Shown here: in pieces, positions 26,332 to 40,248 of the stretch
Position numbering within the stretch: the stretch's first letter is position 1
How the letters are laid out: the number at the start of each line of letters is the position of its first letter
DNA from: Octopus vulgaris
Taxonomy: Eukaryota
Reading direction: 5' to 3'
DNA length: 64,000 nucleotides
Assembly: GCA_951406725.2 (NCBI GenBank)
Contig: OX597820.1
Coordinates: forward strand, 12,400,001 to 12,464,000
Notes under the pieces: model-generated
What the model was told of the DNA's origin: nothing
What the model saw: only the letters and a program-made list of their open reading frames with translations
Database searches by the model: none
Position numbers and translations under genes: made by a program

Positions 26332-28168
26332 ATAATTATTACTATTTTTCAGTAAAACTATATTCCTCTTCTCTGTGTATACACATTTGAAAACTTTGGT
26401 ACCTGTAAGTAACACAAGAGTAATTAGAAATGTATTTTTCAACAGTAAATTCTATTTGCCCGCAACTGAGCCACCAAATTTATAATGGATCATATTTTGG
26501 ATAAAACCTCTAAATCAAAAGCATTTTCTTGAAATCCTTGAATTATGCATTTCAAATATCATGTGAGGTAAAAAGGAAAATATCTGGTAAAGTGAGTTTG
26601 TTCCTCTTTGTACGAAGAAATATTTTTTTCGCAAAATTGGCTCTCTTAACCTTGTACAAAATAAGGAGCTATACATGTTACAGATATTATAGGTGACGCT
26701 AAAAAGAATCACTATATCACAATAGAAATTGTCCAGGAACATGATTAATGAAATTCTGTTTTTCCCAGAATACACTCGTCATATTGATTCGACATATTTG
26801 CAAGTGATTTTTATCGCAAATTACTTTCCAAATTGATTGATCTTGCTAAAAATTGATGTATATTTCAGTTAGTCTGTTATCATATGGACACAACTGATTT
26901 ACATAAAAAAAAGGTTCCACATAATATGTCCCATAATTTGTACATTAATGAATTTCACGTTATTATGTCCACAACTCCAATCTTCACAACAGAGAAAGAA
27001 ACCGGTTTTATTTCAAATATTTTATATCATGATACTGTTTTAATTGGCCCTGTAAATTTTACCTTGTGACTACAGTATTCCAAGATAAATTATGCTATTA
27101 ATTTGTTTCAAACCAATTCACAATGAAGTGATAGTATTGAAGCGTTATTGCACATTCGCTGTGAAGTACGTCACAAAGTATCAAAGAAATAATACTATTT
27201 AACCGCCATATAAATATTTGACGAGTCGTTGCATCTGCTTTTCAAACATTCAGCAGTCTTTACGTCCTGATAGGGCTTAAGTTATATGTTAAGTGTGATG
27301 TATTTTGTTATTCATAAAATTTCCATCGTTATTCAAATTTCTGTGGAGTCAATTTCTATTTTTTAACTTAAACCATTTTCTGTATTGTATAAGAATATAT
27401 TACAATGGCATCTATTGTAAGTGCATAGTGAAGCAACGAGAGCATGTCACACTTTTGCGCCCGATGCTGAACACCGTGAGTAATAACATTTATAACTGCC
27501 ATACTTACATAGAATTTTGTATAATGCGTTGGTTGTTTGAAATGCACTCGGTGTTTTGTGGTTTTGTGTTAGTGTGTAAGCCTTCCGTCTGGTGATTTTG
27601 CAGTGTATTCTGAATTTGAGCTTGAGGGCCAGGTGTAATATGTGTTACACTTCTTTTCATGGATTTTAATGACGTGTTCATCCATTTTGTAATAGGAGTG
27701 TATTTCGTTTTCTACAATATGTATGGTTTATTTGTATGCGCGTCAGTAATTTTGTCATTTTATTGTTGTAATTTGTCTGGACTACTAATTTACTAGAATA
27801 CTTATTATTAAACTCTAATAGTGCTAGATCACATTATTATAAACTCCTTTAGTAGATGAACATTTAAAAGCTACTCTAAGAGGGGATTCGACAAATAAAA
27901 TATTGTATATATGGCGACATTCTCTCATAGCGCGTTTATGTCATTCAAAAATTTGTATCCGTAATGAGAGTCTAAAATTCAGACGTTAAAGTATAGGGGT
28001 AGGTTCTGTTTTCAGAATGAAAGTCTTCTCGAGAAATAATCATTAAAATTATAATATATTTTACAAAGCATGGGATAGAGTGAAATAGAATAAAGTGAAA
28101 TTGGATTTTTTATACTTTTCCTGCATTACTGATTATCTATCGATATCTATAACTATCTCACAACGTCA

Positions 28169-28240
<72 letters not shown>

Positions 28241-28579
28241 GTCCCTTACATTATCTATCTATAGATCGATCTATCCGTCTACTTATCTGGTTAGATATCA
28301 ATCAATCCATCTCCAAGGATTAGCTCTATTCAACATGAATATGATTATCTAAGATATAATCAATCTCACCGTTACTACAGTTTCTGCGATAGTAATTATG
28401 GATGATTTGTTTATATATACACGTAAAATATACTTTATAAATACACGTTTTCAAATACACATCAAATACACGTCTTTCTATTACACATCACTTTCAATCA
28501 ATATGAGCAAGAATGACTAGCAAGCCCTAGTTCGTAAAGGTGTTGTCAAATTTCCTGCTATATTCAGTTATCATGAACA

Positions 28580-28781
28580 TTTTCAAATTTTGGTACAAGG
28601 CCAGAAATTTATGGGGAGAAGATAAATCGATTACATTGACACCCGTGCTCAACTGGTACTTATTCTATCGACTCCGAAAAGATGAAAGGCAAAGTCAGCC
28701 TCGGTGGAATTTGAACTCAGAACATTAAGAGAGATGAAATGCCGCCAAGCATTTTACCCGATTTTGCCGGCTCGCCGACTT
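28580..28781 (-). mobile_element. SINE family A
   Basis: Core and head in reverse orientation. Confidence 0.85.
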
Positions 28782-29001
28782 ACCATGAACACTAATATTA
28801 ACACCACAAAGACTGAGTACTAATCATGGATTACAGCTCAAGCTGACTCCAAGTACAATTGACGAGCTACGAACCATCTGACATGCCTAATCAATTCATT
28901 TATAACACAATAACTTTCCTGTAGGATAAAATAAGTCGCACTCCTTTATTTAGAACAAAACAAACATTGGGCAATAACAAACATTGTTATCATACTATTT
29001 C

Positions 29002-29208
29002 TAAGGCGGCGAGCTGGCAGAAACGTTAGCACGCCGGGCGAAATTCTTAGCGGTATTTCGTCTGTCTTTAAGTTCTGAGTTCAATTTCCGCTGAGGTCGA
29101 CTTTACCTTTCGGGGTCGATAAATTAAGTACTAGTTGCGTACTGTGGTCGATCTAATTTCACTGCTCCCCTCCTCCAAAATTTCGGGCCTTGTGCCCAGA
29201 GTAGAAAA
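29002..29208 (+). mobile_element. SINE family A
   Basis: taaggcggcgagctggcagaaacgttagc head through the gcctt gtgcccagagtagaaa tail. Confidence 0.9.
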
Positions 29209-30029
29209 CGTTATACTGTTTCTATATATACATTTACTTTCCTCAGTTAAATCTACAAATTACGAAATATAATATCCATCAATCCAGATTGTAACGGCTT
29301 ACTAAATATATAAGCTTTGATAAGCACCCAGTCCGTAAACACAGACGACAGAACCAAAGCTGTGCTATTATCAAGTAATTACTAGTTTCGATACTTAATA
29401 ATGTACCACAGTGCCAGACAACTAACGTACGAAACGTATATTATTTCTCCCTGCCTAAGGTCCTCTGTAATTATTCATGAAAGGCTGGTCCCAGTTCGAT
29501 GTACCAAATGTTGTCAAGTTTCAATCTTTCAGCAAAATTTTTGTCGTTGAATCTTTCTCTATTCAAAATAATGCCGGTAAATGACAATTTTTTGCTGTCT
29601 GTGTTTACACCGGAAACGATACGTGCATGCACACACCTTTTGTTGACAAGATTTCTACTCGCCGGTGTCGTTAAAATGTCTGCGTTTTCTTTTAGTTGTT
29701 GTTTACTATAAATATTTTACTTTACAATTAAAACTACTTTTTTTGCTTGTTTTGTGTATGTGTCAAAAGTACGCTATTGTACATTTTCCATTGTGTTTTT
29801 GTGAAATTTTGTGTGATATTCATAACCTTTTTTTTTTGTCCATGACCTGAAGGCAAACCTAAGCTGTAAAAAATGTAACACAGACCTTATACTTTTTTTT
29901 TTGTCAACCTCTGAAAGAGGAGAATTCAAACTGCAGAAAGTTCTTTGTATGTTAGTATTCTTTGTAAAAAATGTATTTCCGAGCGAGGTTTAAGAAAACG
30001 TATACATTTGTAAATGATAAAAATAATAA

Positions 30030-30450
30030 TAGTCACAAACTCTGATGCAAGTCCAGCAATTTTGACGGTTTGGAGTAAGTCAATACCATGGACCCAAGTA
30101 CTTGACAGGTACTTTATTTTATCGACCTCGAAAAGATGAAAGACAAAGTTGACCTCGGCGGAATTTGAACTGAAAACGTAATGTGGTGGAACAAATATTG
30201 TAAGGCATTTTTTATTCGACGCTCTGGTGATTATGGCATCTGGCCACCTTGTAATAATGCTTGATAACTTAGACACAAGGCCTCTAATTATGAATGGAGG
30301 GAGAGTCGTCGATACTATCGAATCCGTTACTTGGCAGGTCTTGGAGGGGTAAAAAGTAAAGTTAACATCAGAGGAATTTAATATGAGTACATAAATGAGA
30401 AGAAATTAGCCATAGTATCTTGCCCGACTCATGAACGAAAGCGCCAGCTT
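30030..30450 (-). mobile_element. Two degenerate SINE family A copies
   Basis: Core motifs at ~30100-30180 and ~30300-30390. Confidence 0.65.
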
Positions 30451-30466
30451 TAACATTCGCAATATC

Positions 30467-30523
<57 letters not shown>

Positions 30524-30579
30524 GTAATAGATCGAAGATCAATAATGATAATAACCATGAACAAGTGCTTTCAATCATG

Positions 30580-31560
30580 TGGTAACCGTACCTCCACCAT
30601 AATGAAGGTGGAAGCGGGTTAATTGGTGTAGAAGAATGTGTGAGATTTGAGCGCATTTCATTGTATGAGTTTTTACAGTCATGTAATAAATGGATGCTGA
30701 AGGCAGCGCTGAATGAGTGATTTCTAGTAGAGATAGAATATTTAGTTGATTTTAAGAATCGAGTATATGAAGAGATGGTAGGATTGTGGAAAGGGAAACC
30801 ATTGCGCGGAGCGTTTTCACAAGAAATACTGAGGCTGAATGGACTCAAGTCAGGGAGATGGTTGAAGAATGCTTATCTGAAGAGAGAGACCGAAGGAATA
30901 ATTTTTGCTGCCCAAGAGTAGGCTTTGAGAACGAAGCTCTCATTTGTCCACACATCAGTCACCACTGGTCACAAATTATGGGTAGGAGATTGAAACTGTA
31001 CGTTACAATTTCACTGGCTGCTCATAATTAGCACAGGAGAAGTACTGGCGTCGCTATAAGATCGTTCTTAGGGTGTACTGGAAACTCTGTATGAAATGCT
31101 TTCTTCGTGTACATTTAATTGCTATGATCATGTCCCGCAGTTTTTGGTTAAGAATGAGCGATAAAGTACCTGTGGGATATGACCATCTTTACTAACAGGT
31201 GCATAGAACATAATCGCTTTGACGTCACGACTGTGCACACATGAATGAATCATAGTAAAAGTCGGTGTTTCTGCTGACCAGAATGTTTAAATTACCGAGG
31301 GAGTGAAGGTAGACAAATACCAAGATTTGGCAAGCCAGGCACGAGAAATACATCAAGCAACAGTCAAAATTTGCCCTTTTTGTTATCTGTGCACCCGGAA
31401 CAATTTCAAAGAATCTGGATGCAGTACCTGAGATCTTCGGCTTACATATTTTATGGAAATGTAGAAATGAGTGCGTTGTTTTCAGCAGCTCATGTGGGGA
31501 AGAAAGTGTTGAGTCTCGGAGCTGTTGGCGGGAGCTGAGGCATAATTACACAAAATCCGA
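30580..31560 (+). mobile_element. R4/Dong-like (RLE-type) non-LTR retrotransposon 3' relic
   Basis: Degenerate EGGSGL, FAAQE, WDMTI and DKYQDLA motifs; begins just after (AAT)n at 30477-30522. Confidence 0.7.
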
Positions 31561-31639
31561 CTGTGAAACGTCTAAGTGTTGGGAAAACAACGAAAATATG
31601 TTTTTTTTAATCAACCCCAGTACTTCACTGAACTTCAGA

Positions 31640-32431
31640 ATGACGAAAGATAAAATAAGAGTTCCAAGAACACATACTCAGTGTCTGTAAAGACAAATCG
31701 AACGAAATCTCAGATCAGTTTAATAGCAACCAGAAAAAAGAGAAAACAAGTCTCGAGGAAAAAATCAGGTAAAAACTAAACACTAAATGTCAACAAATAC
31801 TATATGAGAATCTTCAAAAGCTCTTCAGAAACAATATTAGGAAATTTTACTAATAGCTGAGCCATGAGAATTAACATCAAGGGAATGATTTAGCAAATAC
31901 TGAAGTATTTGTTATGTCATACGATCAAATATTTGGAGCAAAGCGGTTCAATACACTTGTGAGTTGAACTGGTTATAGAAGTTTAAAATTGAAATGGCCT
32001 AACGATAAAATGTTTACAAATATACCAAATACAGTAAAAGCTTCTCGATCCTATGTTGTTAGTGGATTCTGCCTTTAAAATCTTACAACACTGCGCAACT
32101 ACATAGATTGTTTCTTACAAACTTTAAAGAATGTGGAACGCCGACATGTGTGGCAAGCAAAAGAACTGTTCATACAGAAGGACAGGTAATAGGGAGGAGC
32201 GTAGATTAGAAATTATAGGCCTGCGACATGTTCAGCATCATTATGAAAGGTACTGTCCTCAAATCAGAAAAACTGAACTGTTTTCCGGTGAAAAATATTG
32301 TGAAACCAGGAGAGCAAATAAAATGTAGAAATAGATAAATGGTTGATTGATACTACGAGAAGAACGAATAAGAACGGAGTACTTATCTGTTGGCTTATAT
32401 AGCCTACAGGAAAGCATACGATAATGCCCAA
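31640..32431 (+). mobile_element. R4/Dong-like RT-region relic interrupted by the Tc1 element
   Basis: Ends in a degenerate AYIAYRKAYDN (AWIDYKKAYDS-like) immediately before the Tc1 TA site. Confidence 0.55.
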
Positions 32432-32433
32432 TA

Positions 32434-33895
32434 CACTGCGTCCAAAGTTTTTAGGCAAATCATCCTTCTCTCAATAAATAAATATATATTCGTTCAAAAC
32501 CAGTTGTTTCCCCACTGATTGTTGGCAACACCAATGTGCGCACGTTCTGTTAAAATAAATCGGATCTGCGCAGACGCCAATAAATGGCGGCCATTTTTGT
32601 GATTGGGAAACATTTTCACCGTCACAAATTATTAGGCAAGTATAATAAAAATGATAATTGTGTCAGAACAAACGTTTAATTCAGCAGTAAAGGTTCAACA
32701 ATAAAATTATCCATAAAGGACTTAATGGCGAACATAATACTACGTTCGAATGAAAATAATCACGAATTATGATGTCATACAGCTCCTAATGTTTGATGTA
32801 TGATTCTCCACAATCAATAACATTCTTTACGCACTTATCCATTGAATTTATTATGGTGATGATATCTTCTTTTGTCATGCTTTGAGCAGCATCTACAATA
32901 GCACCCCAGAGGGTAATTTTACTTGAAAACTGCCGTCCATCTTCGTAAACGCGACTCTTCAGGACATTCCACAATTTCTCGATCGGGTTTAAGTCAGGGG
33001 AACAAGGTGGTCATCAAACGACCGACAGAGAAGCTCATTTGCTGCAGGTATTACCTAGAATTCTTCGCTGCATGAGATGGGGTATTATCTTGTATGAAGA
33101 CCAGCTTTCTCTTGAATGAAAGTTTTTGCATTTTGAACCACGGTTGGGAATTGTCCTTTAAGGAAGTAACATGTGTTTTCGATGCCATCTTAATGCCACC
33201 ATCTTTACTCCAGCCATCATGGGTAGCACAGCATTCGTCAGTGAACAGAACTGTTGAAAAAATCTATCTTCATGTATTCTTCTGTCCATTTCAGCCTCTT
33301 CTGCTTATGAACAGCCTTCAGAGGGGGCCTTGTAACAGGTTTAACATTCCTGTCTACCTACTTCATGAGGTGACACCTGGTAGTTTTAGATACCTCCTCC
33401 CTGCCACAACGTTTGAAGACTTCTCTACTTGTCAGATATGAGTTCTGCACAACTTCCCTTTTCAACCGTGATAAAATACGATTCGAAGTAACCCTCGAAT
33501 GGCCCTTATCTGCCCTCGATCGGACAGAAATAGGAGACTGCAAAATTTTCTTCATTGCTCAGTGATCCCTTCCCAGTATTTTGGATACTTCTATGGTTAT
33601 TTTCCTCTTCCAAGCTTTGACACGATGGTAGACCTCTCATTTGAGGTAAGATCACATTTCTGACCCTTAATGACACTTAAACTGGGTATCTGCCAAATAA
33701 TTTAGGATAGCAGAAATGTTGTTGTTACACGATAATGGCTGCCGTTTGTTTTCGTCTGCGCAGATCCAATTTATTTCAACAGAATTTGCGCAGGTAGGGG
33801 CTGCCAATAATCAGTGAGAAAACAACTGATTTTGAACGCATATACACTTATTTATTGAGAGAAAGTTGATTTGCTTAACAATACGGGACGCAGTG
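32434..33895 (-). mobile_element. Tc1-family DNA transposon, decayed transposase, long TIRs, TA target duplication
   Basis: TA|cactgcgtcc...ggacgcagtg|TA termini and ~145-bp imperfect TIRs. The - strand encodes PPCSPDLNPIEKLWNVLKSRVY and QDNTPSH motifs with frameshifts. Confidence 0.92.
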
Positions 33896-34149
33896 TATTA
33901 TCTTTCATAGTCATGCTATTGCGGTTTCTATATATTCATTTATTTAATATTTATTTATCTACTTGCTATTAAGTATCCTCTGTTATATCCTTTAATGTGG
34001 TAGCATCTCCCCTAGAATTATGTTAACCGCACATGATTTTGAAGTTTTTGTAATTTTTATGCGCAATAATTTGTCCTTCGATATTTTACTCCATGTCTTG
34101 GTCCCTTGCGGCCAATAAAAGAAGCCATCATCTTTTATTGTCACCGAGA

Positions 34150-35100
34150 ACGCTCGTGGTTAATGAGAAGATGAACAATTTATTAGAGAAGGTGACGAGA
34201 TCTTAAGAAACAAAACTAAACTGCAGAAGTGAATTATTAGAAAATGTGAAAGCGTGGAGAATAATATCCCAAGAGGACTCTCTGTCTCATATAATGAGGA
34301 AAGTCACACCTGCAAAAAGAGATTGCTAAAACAAGGGCCAAAATAAATATTCTGCCATTCTTTGATAATCCGTACAGAAAGACTGAAAAATACATGGAAT
34401 CATTAGTTCAATCCGTAAGAATATTTGTTTATAGGTATGAGTCTTGGGCTGAATAAGTCTGCAGTTATTACAGAAACATAACTCAAGATGATATCAATAG
34501 ATTACCGGGAGATAATGAAGGATACAGTTACCTAGGAGGTAAGGACAAACTTTAACAATGAGCAAGTATCTCCACTGTACCTCTTCTGTAATAGAGAAGA
34601 CGAAACATTTGCCTGTATAGAGAACGAATGCCCTAGACTTACCCACAACCATTACAAGCTGTGGTAACACGACGAGGAAGCGAAAGTGCTATATTGGAAT
34701 CTGTGCGAAAAGCGGGGTCTAGGGAGAAGCTAGATGTGGTATGAGTACAAACCGTAGAGAATGGCAGAGTTGAAGACCTTCAAAATCCTGTAGGATTTCG
34801 CAATCCAAATGGACCAGGTACTAGAGCATAACAGACCATCCCTAGTGGTGGTGGAAGGAAGGCAAGAAAATAGAAAAAATATATAAAGTATAATCCTCTT
34901 AAGTAGGAAATAACCCGGATATGGGAAATGAAGAAAGTGAAGATAGTGTCAATTAATGCTGGTTCCTTGGGGACAGCATCAGACGGCATCAAGAGGAATA
35001 TAAAGGAAATTGGAATAGAGTGACCAGTAGAACTGTTACTAAAGGCTTGCCTCCTTGTCACGGCCAGAATAATCATGAAATTATTAGATAGAGGAAAAAC
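34150..35100 (+). mobile_element. R4/Dong-like LINE relic (RT to RLE, internally deleted)
   Basis: Degenerate QGDSLS, GLNKSA, GYSYLG, HDEEAKVLYWNLC, WYEYKP and KIL*DFAIQMDQVLEHNRP motifs. Confidence 0.75.
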
Positions 35101-35179
35101 ACATAACAGGCAAAAATCCCACTATACATGCAAAACTTTGGGAGTTCCAACAAATCTTGAATTAAGAAATAATAATAAG

Positions 35180-35460
35180 TTGTTCATAGATAAAATGGTA
35201 ATGAAGATTGTTAATGAAGAAGGACAAATTTATCAATGGCCTGGACATGCTATCGCAAGACCTATGACATGATTCCACATCTTTGGATTAGAAAATGCTT
35301 GGATATGTCTGTGATTGCAAAGAACGTCAATAATATTTCTCAGAAAAAGCATGGAAAGTTGGAGGACAGAACTAACATCATAAAGACTGCACCAAGCAAC
35401 GTAATAATTCAAGCAGAGTATTTTTTCAGGGTGACAGTGTCTCCTTCCCTATTCGTTAAG
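35180..35460 (+). mobile_element. R4/Dong-like RT fragment
   Basis: ORF MAWTCYRKTYDMIPHLWIRKCL followed by an FQGDSVSP-like motif. Confidence 0.7.
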
Positions 35461-36896
35461 AAATATAGAAAATAATCCGCTGACATGAAATCAGGACTTG
35501 AATCAGGAAGTTAAATCAACATTAGGAAATCCTAAGAAAAGAGAGGTGGTTAAAGTATAAACCAGATCGGGTTCCATAGAATAACAAAGCAGCCATACTA
35601 TGAGATATGTTAATGCATGTTGCCAGAGGTCAATTGGAAAATGTGTGGATTCTAGTCGACTTAACATTCTCAACGAGTGATAATATTTTTCCTAGAGAAA
35701 TGGAGAAATTACTGAGATATGTAAATGTTAGGATTCAATGCAGAAACACTCTCTATGATAAGCGATAAGTGACTTCGAAATAGTGAAAAAAGCTTTAAGC
35801 AAATACTTAGTCAAACATCAATAACTTACAAACTTGCACCTCATGCAGAAATTAACACACATATGTACTGCATATATATCAAGTAGAACACTTAAATACT
35901 ATGAAATTTGGAAACCTCAACAAAACACTTCTACTGAAGGTACGCAGAGATGTGTCTCAAAAGTGCAGTTAAATGATGCAGTATATTTCAGACTGCAAAA
36001 TAATAATAATAAGATGGTTTCACTTGCTGCAAAATTTTAACTACAATATACAGTGCAAAAATTTAACTGAGACATTCTAGTTAAATTTTTACATTTCCGT
36101 AACAGCTTCACAAAAACAAAAACTATGGTTTTAATTCCAATATATGAAAAACCCAAGTCATTCAAATTTGTTGTTGACTGTTTGGAAGTTAAGTTTTCAG
36201 AAAGCCGCGTAGGATAGTGATGTAGTTCTATTGCAAACCCACCTTATCCCACATTTACCGCCAGCACCACTCTGATCGCTCACACCCTACAAATAAGTCT
36301 AGTCCAAAGTCCAAATGTTTGAGAATAAACGGATTTGTACTAAAACAGGATATTATTGCTTACTTGAAATGATTTTATGAGCAATTATGTCAACTACGGT
36401 TGTACTGAATGACACCTGAAGTTAAATGGCAAATGACAATTCGAAAATTGAATACGAACGACAAACTTTCAAAGCAAAATTACTGACCAAATTCCTTTTG
36501 TAAATAATTGCCCGCGAAATTTCACTGACATTTCAAAAACGTTTATGACAGTTATCAGTGTATGTTGTAAAAATACGGTTGTTTCAAATTAATATCCGTT
36601 TATTGTGGATTAAAGACGTTACAAAAATGTAAAACAAATTCTAACTAGTATGTCTAACCCTGATGAAAACCGCTTTGGTATTTCTGAACGCCGTACCTCT
36701 AAAAATAGTTAAGAGACAGGTAAGAATTGTTCATTGTATAACTGAAAGATGCAGGTCAATTCTATCACAAGTGTCATCACAAGAGTAATGTTATGATTTA
36801 TACAGATAATATGACGTGTAACGATTAGGCATTTGGTCAATCACTTGACTCGTATTTTATGTTATTGATTCCGAAATTCGCTGAATTTGGCGTATA

Positions 36897-37517
36897 GAGT
36901 CGAGAAAAAAGTTATGCAAGTTGTCCAACTTCGCAGAAAGAGTGCAAACGCAGACATGACAAAATTGCCCAAAACCTTCACTGGCTAATATACCACAAGT
37001 ATGGATACGAGTTAACGAATGCTTGGTACCAACATACAAGGTAGAGAACGAAAAGAGGAAGGCAAAGATCGTCTGGGAATTTGACGTCCAGACATACAAG
37101 GTGTTAGAGCACTGAATGCCCGATATAGTAACCTTTTGGTGGGACAAACAAGAGTGCCTAATAATCGACGTGGCAGTGCCAGGAGATCAATATATCATCA
37201 TGAAAGAAAGATAGATAAATATGGAGATCTGACATGATGTGGCAGCTACGCGAGTCAAACATAAAGGTTGTCGCTCTTGTCATCGGAGCATTGGGTTCAA
37301 TACAACCAAACCTGAAGAAACATCTGGAAACTTTAGAAATACCATACAATCTAGGTGTATTGCAAAACCTGGCTTTACTTGCAACTGCACGCATATTGCG
37401 TAATATCCTGTTTAACTGAAGTCCTTGTTGTGACTTAACAGATTATACAATAACCCTGGCAGACACGATATCTACTATCAACAACATAACGATATTGGAT
37501 GATGTGCGACGAATTCA
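36897..37517 (+). mobile_element. R4/Dong-like LINE 3' end with (AAT)n tail
   Basis: CPTSQKECKRRHDKIA, VWEFDVQT, PDIV, CLIIDVAVPGD and VIGALGSI...TARILRNIL motifs, followed directly by (AAT)n. Confidence 0.85.
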
Positions 37518-37534
37518 ATAATAATAATAATTAT

Positions 37535-37582
<48 letters not shown>

Positions 37583-37943
37583 TAATAATAAGTGATTGCG
37601 TCATGCAACACATCCTACGCAAGACACTATCAATTCAAGCCAAACAAAAGACACGCTCTATACAGTAAGTACCCTATAAAAAAACAAAGAAAACACCACA
37701 AAAGGCTGGATATCCAACAGAAGAACACAACTCGTATTAAACACACAATACACCATACAGACGCTAATACAACAAAATACTTCAAACAGACAGTATAGCA
37801 AAACTTACTGACGAAATACAACACCGGAAAATAGTTTGTACTTCCCCAACAAGCAAAAAGATCACACAGTGATGTACACACCCCAGCAACTAGTAGGTGC
37901 AGCAGTGGCGCAGTAGAAATTTGCCTGAAACTATCAAAAGTTC

Positions 37944-37993
<50 letters not shown>

Positions 37994-37995
<2 letters not shown>

Positions 37996-38170
37996 CTTTC
38001 TACAATAAGCACAAATTCTGAAGTTTGCGCGGAGAGGGACTAGTCGATTAGATCGGCCCCAGTGTTTCACGGGTACTTATTTTATCGACACGGGAAGAAA
38101 GAAAGATTAAAGCCAACCTTTGCGGAATTCGAACTCAGAACGTAGCAACGGGCGAAATACCGCTAAGCAT
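37994..38170 (-). mobile_element. SINE family A
   Basis: Core in reverse orientation, adjacent to (AAT)n. Confidence 0.8.
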
Positions 38171-38595
38171 CAGTACCAGGTACTAATGCATAACTGGTAC
38201 TTATTGGTACAAGGATCTCTCATATGAAACGTTTTAGAAAATAGGAAGATTTATATAATCATATTTTTGGCACATAATTAGCAGTATTAATTTAATCGTT
38301 ATTAAACTGCAGTCATTATTTTGAAATAATTTTATCGGAATCGGAATATAGAAGACATATTCTGCGGAATATAGATGACATATTCTGTGACCTAGCAGAC
38401 CGCTCAGACATATTTTAGTATTTATGTAGAGACATGAGTCTGTTACGATCATCTGTCTGTGTAGTAACGGCATTCTAAATAGTAGCCTTTATTACGAAGC
38501 TACAATAAGAAAATTATGACTTCAGTGAAACTACTGATGATGTAGTTCTATATACACGATATTGTGTATATATGATCTTATATATAACTATATAT

Positions 38596-39007
38596 AGGCG
38601 CAGGTGTGGCTGTGTGGTAACAAGCTTGATTCCCAACCATATGGCTCCAGGTTTAATCCCACTGCGTGTTAACTTGAGTAAACGTCTTTTATTATAACCG
38701 CTTGCCGACCAGGGCCTTGAGAGGGGATTTGGGAGACGGAAACTGAAAGAAGCCCGTCATACATGTAAATATGCATATATTTGTATATTTCTTTGTGTCT
38801 GTGTTTGTCTCCCCTCCCCATCCCCGATTGACAACCGGTGTTTGTGTATTTATGTGGTCATAATTTAGCGGTTCGGCGAACGAGTAAATATTTGACTTAA
38901 CAAAATAAGTTCTGTAGTCGATTTGTTCTACGAAAAAGACCCTTCAAGGCGGTGGTCCAGCATGGCCGCAGTCAAATGACCGAAACAAATGAAAGAAGAG
39001 AATAAAA

Positions 39008-39008
<1 letters not shown>
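38596..39008 (+). mobile_element. SINE family C, full length
   Basis: aggcgcaggtgtggctgtgtggtaa head, internal AT/GT spacer and aagaataaaagaa tail. Confidence 0.9.
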
Positions 39009-39048
<40 letters not shown>

Positions 39049-39050
39049 TA

Positions 39051-39104
<54 letters not shown>

Positions 39105-40019
39105 AATATATACATCCATACATACATATCACATAAACATATATATATATATGCATTTTATTGTTGTTATTATCATTATTGCCAACAGTTTGATTTCAAC
39201 ACATTCCGAATATACGTGTTACAACACACACGCGCACGTACATACATGTGTGTGTTTACAGTATACACACATACACACTTACTCGCACATATATTGCTAT
39301 TGAAATAATCACCAAAAAGAGCGAATAAGATTATGAGGCAGTTTAAAATGCACAGATAATCCATGAAGTCAAACCAGAAAAATATGTACCAGAAAATGCA
39401 TAGAAATACGAAACGAAGCGTATATTAAAGAATGTGTAACCTGACAAATAATACATCAACGAATGAAATAGAAAAGACTCTAATGTTCCAGTTTATATTC
39501 TCAATAAGAGAGAAAGAACAATAATGAGAAAGTGAAGTGGAAAGGAAGTAGCAACGAAACCAAATTTACAGCGTCTCTGTTATACTGTCGAATACCTTCG
39601 GGACAGAATAACAAAGCTTCAAATGACACAAAACATGTAACATTTATTATTCCGCCGAAACAAATCAGTGTTGCTAATTCGTGGATTAACCATAGCAACA
39701 GAATCCATTCTGTAGATATTCAAATATCAAATCCAATATAAACGGTACATCCATCTCTGGGGTGGGTCCTTATATATATATATAATGAGCTTTGCTGTGT
39801 TAAGTACTGGTTATCACAAAAGTATTAAGGTAAATATATACATTCTTTCAGAATAATAAGGAAATGTTAAAAACAGTTTACAAGAAAGTATTTAAGAAAG
39901 TAAAAACTATTTTGAATTCAATAAAAATCATGTTTGTTTGATAGTATATATATATATATATATATATGTATGTAAGTACACATATATATATGTATGTGTG
40001 TATATATATGTATGTATGT

Positions 40020-40248
40020 ATCACCTGAACACGTGGTCAACCAGGTTGACAGATGCTGTTATAATACATCGCTGAGTACATTGACACTTTGCATCGTTTT
40101 AGCCATCGAATGATGCCACCTCGCTGGGTAGGCGTACAAGCCAACATTCCCAGCAACATGTAATGAAGCGTTTTGCTCGAGACTGGGAATCACAGCTACA
40201 ATCTAGTGATTGTGTGTACAACAACATAACCACTAACTCACGCGCCTC
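40020..40248 (-). mobile_element. tRNA-derived SINE (family D), degenerate
   Basis: Reverse head tgaggcgcgtgagttagtggtta...gattcccagtc. Confidence 0.55.
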
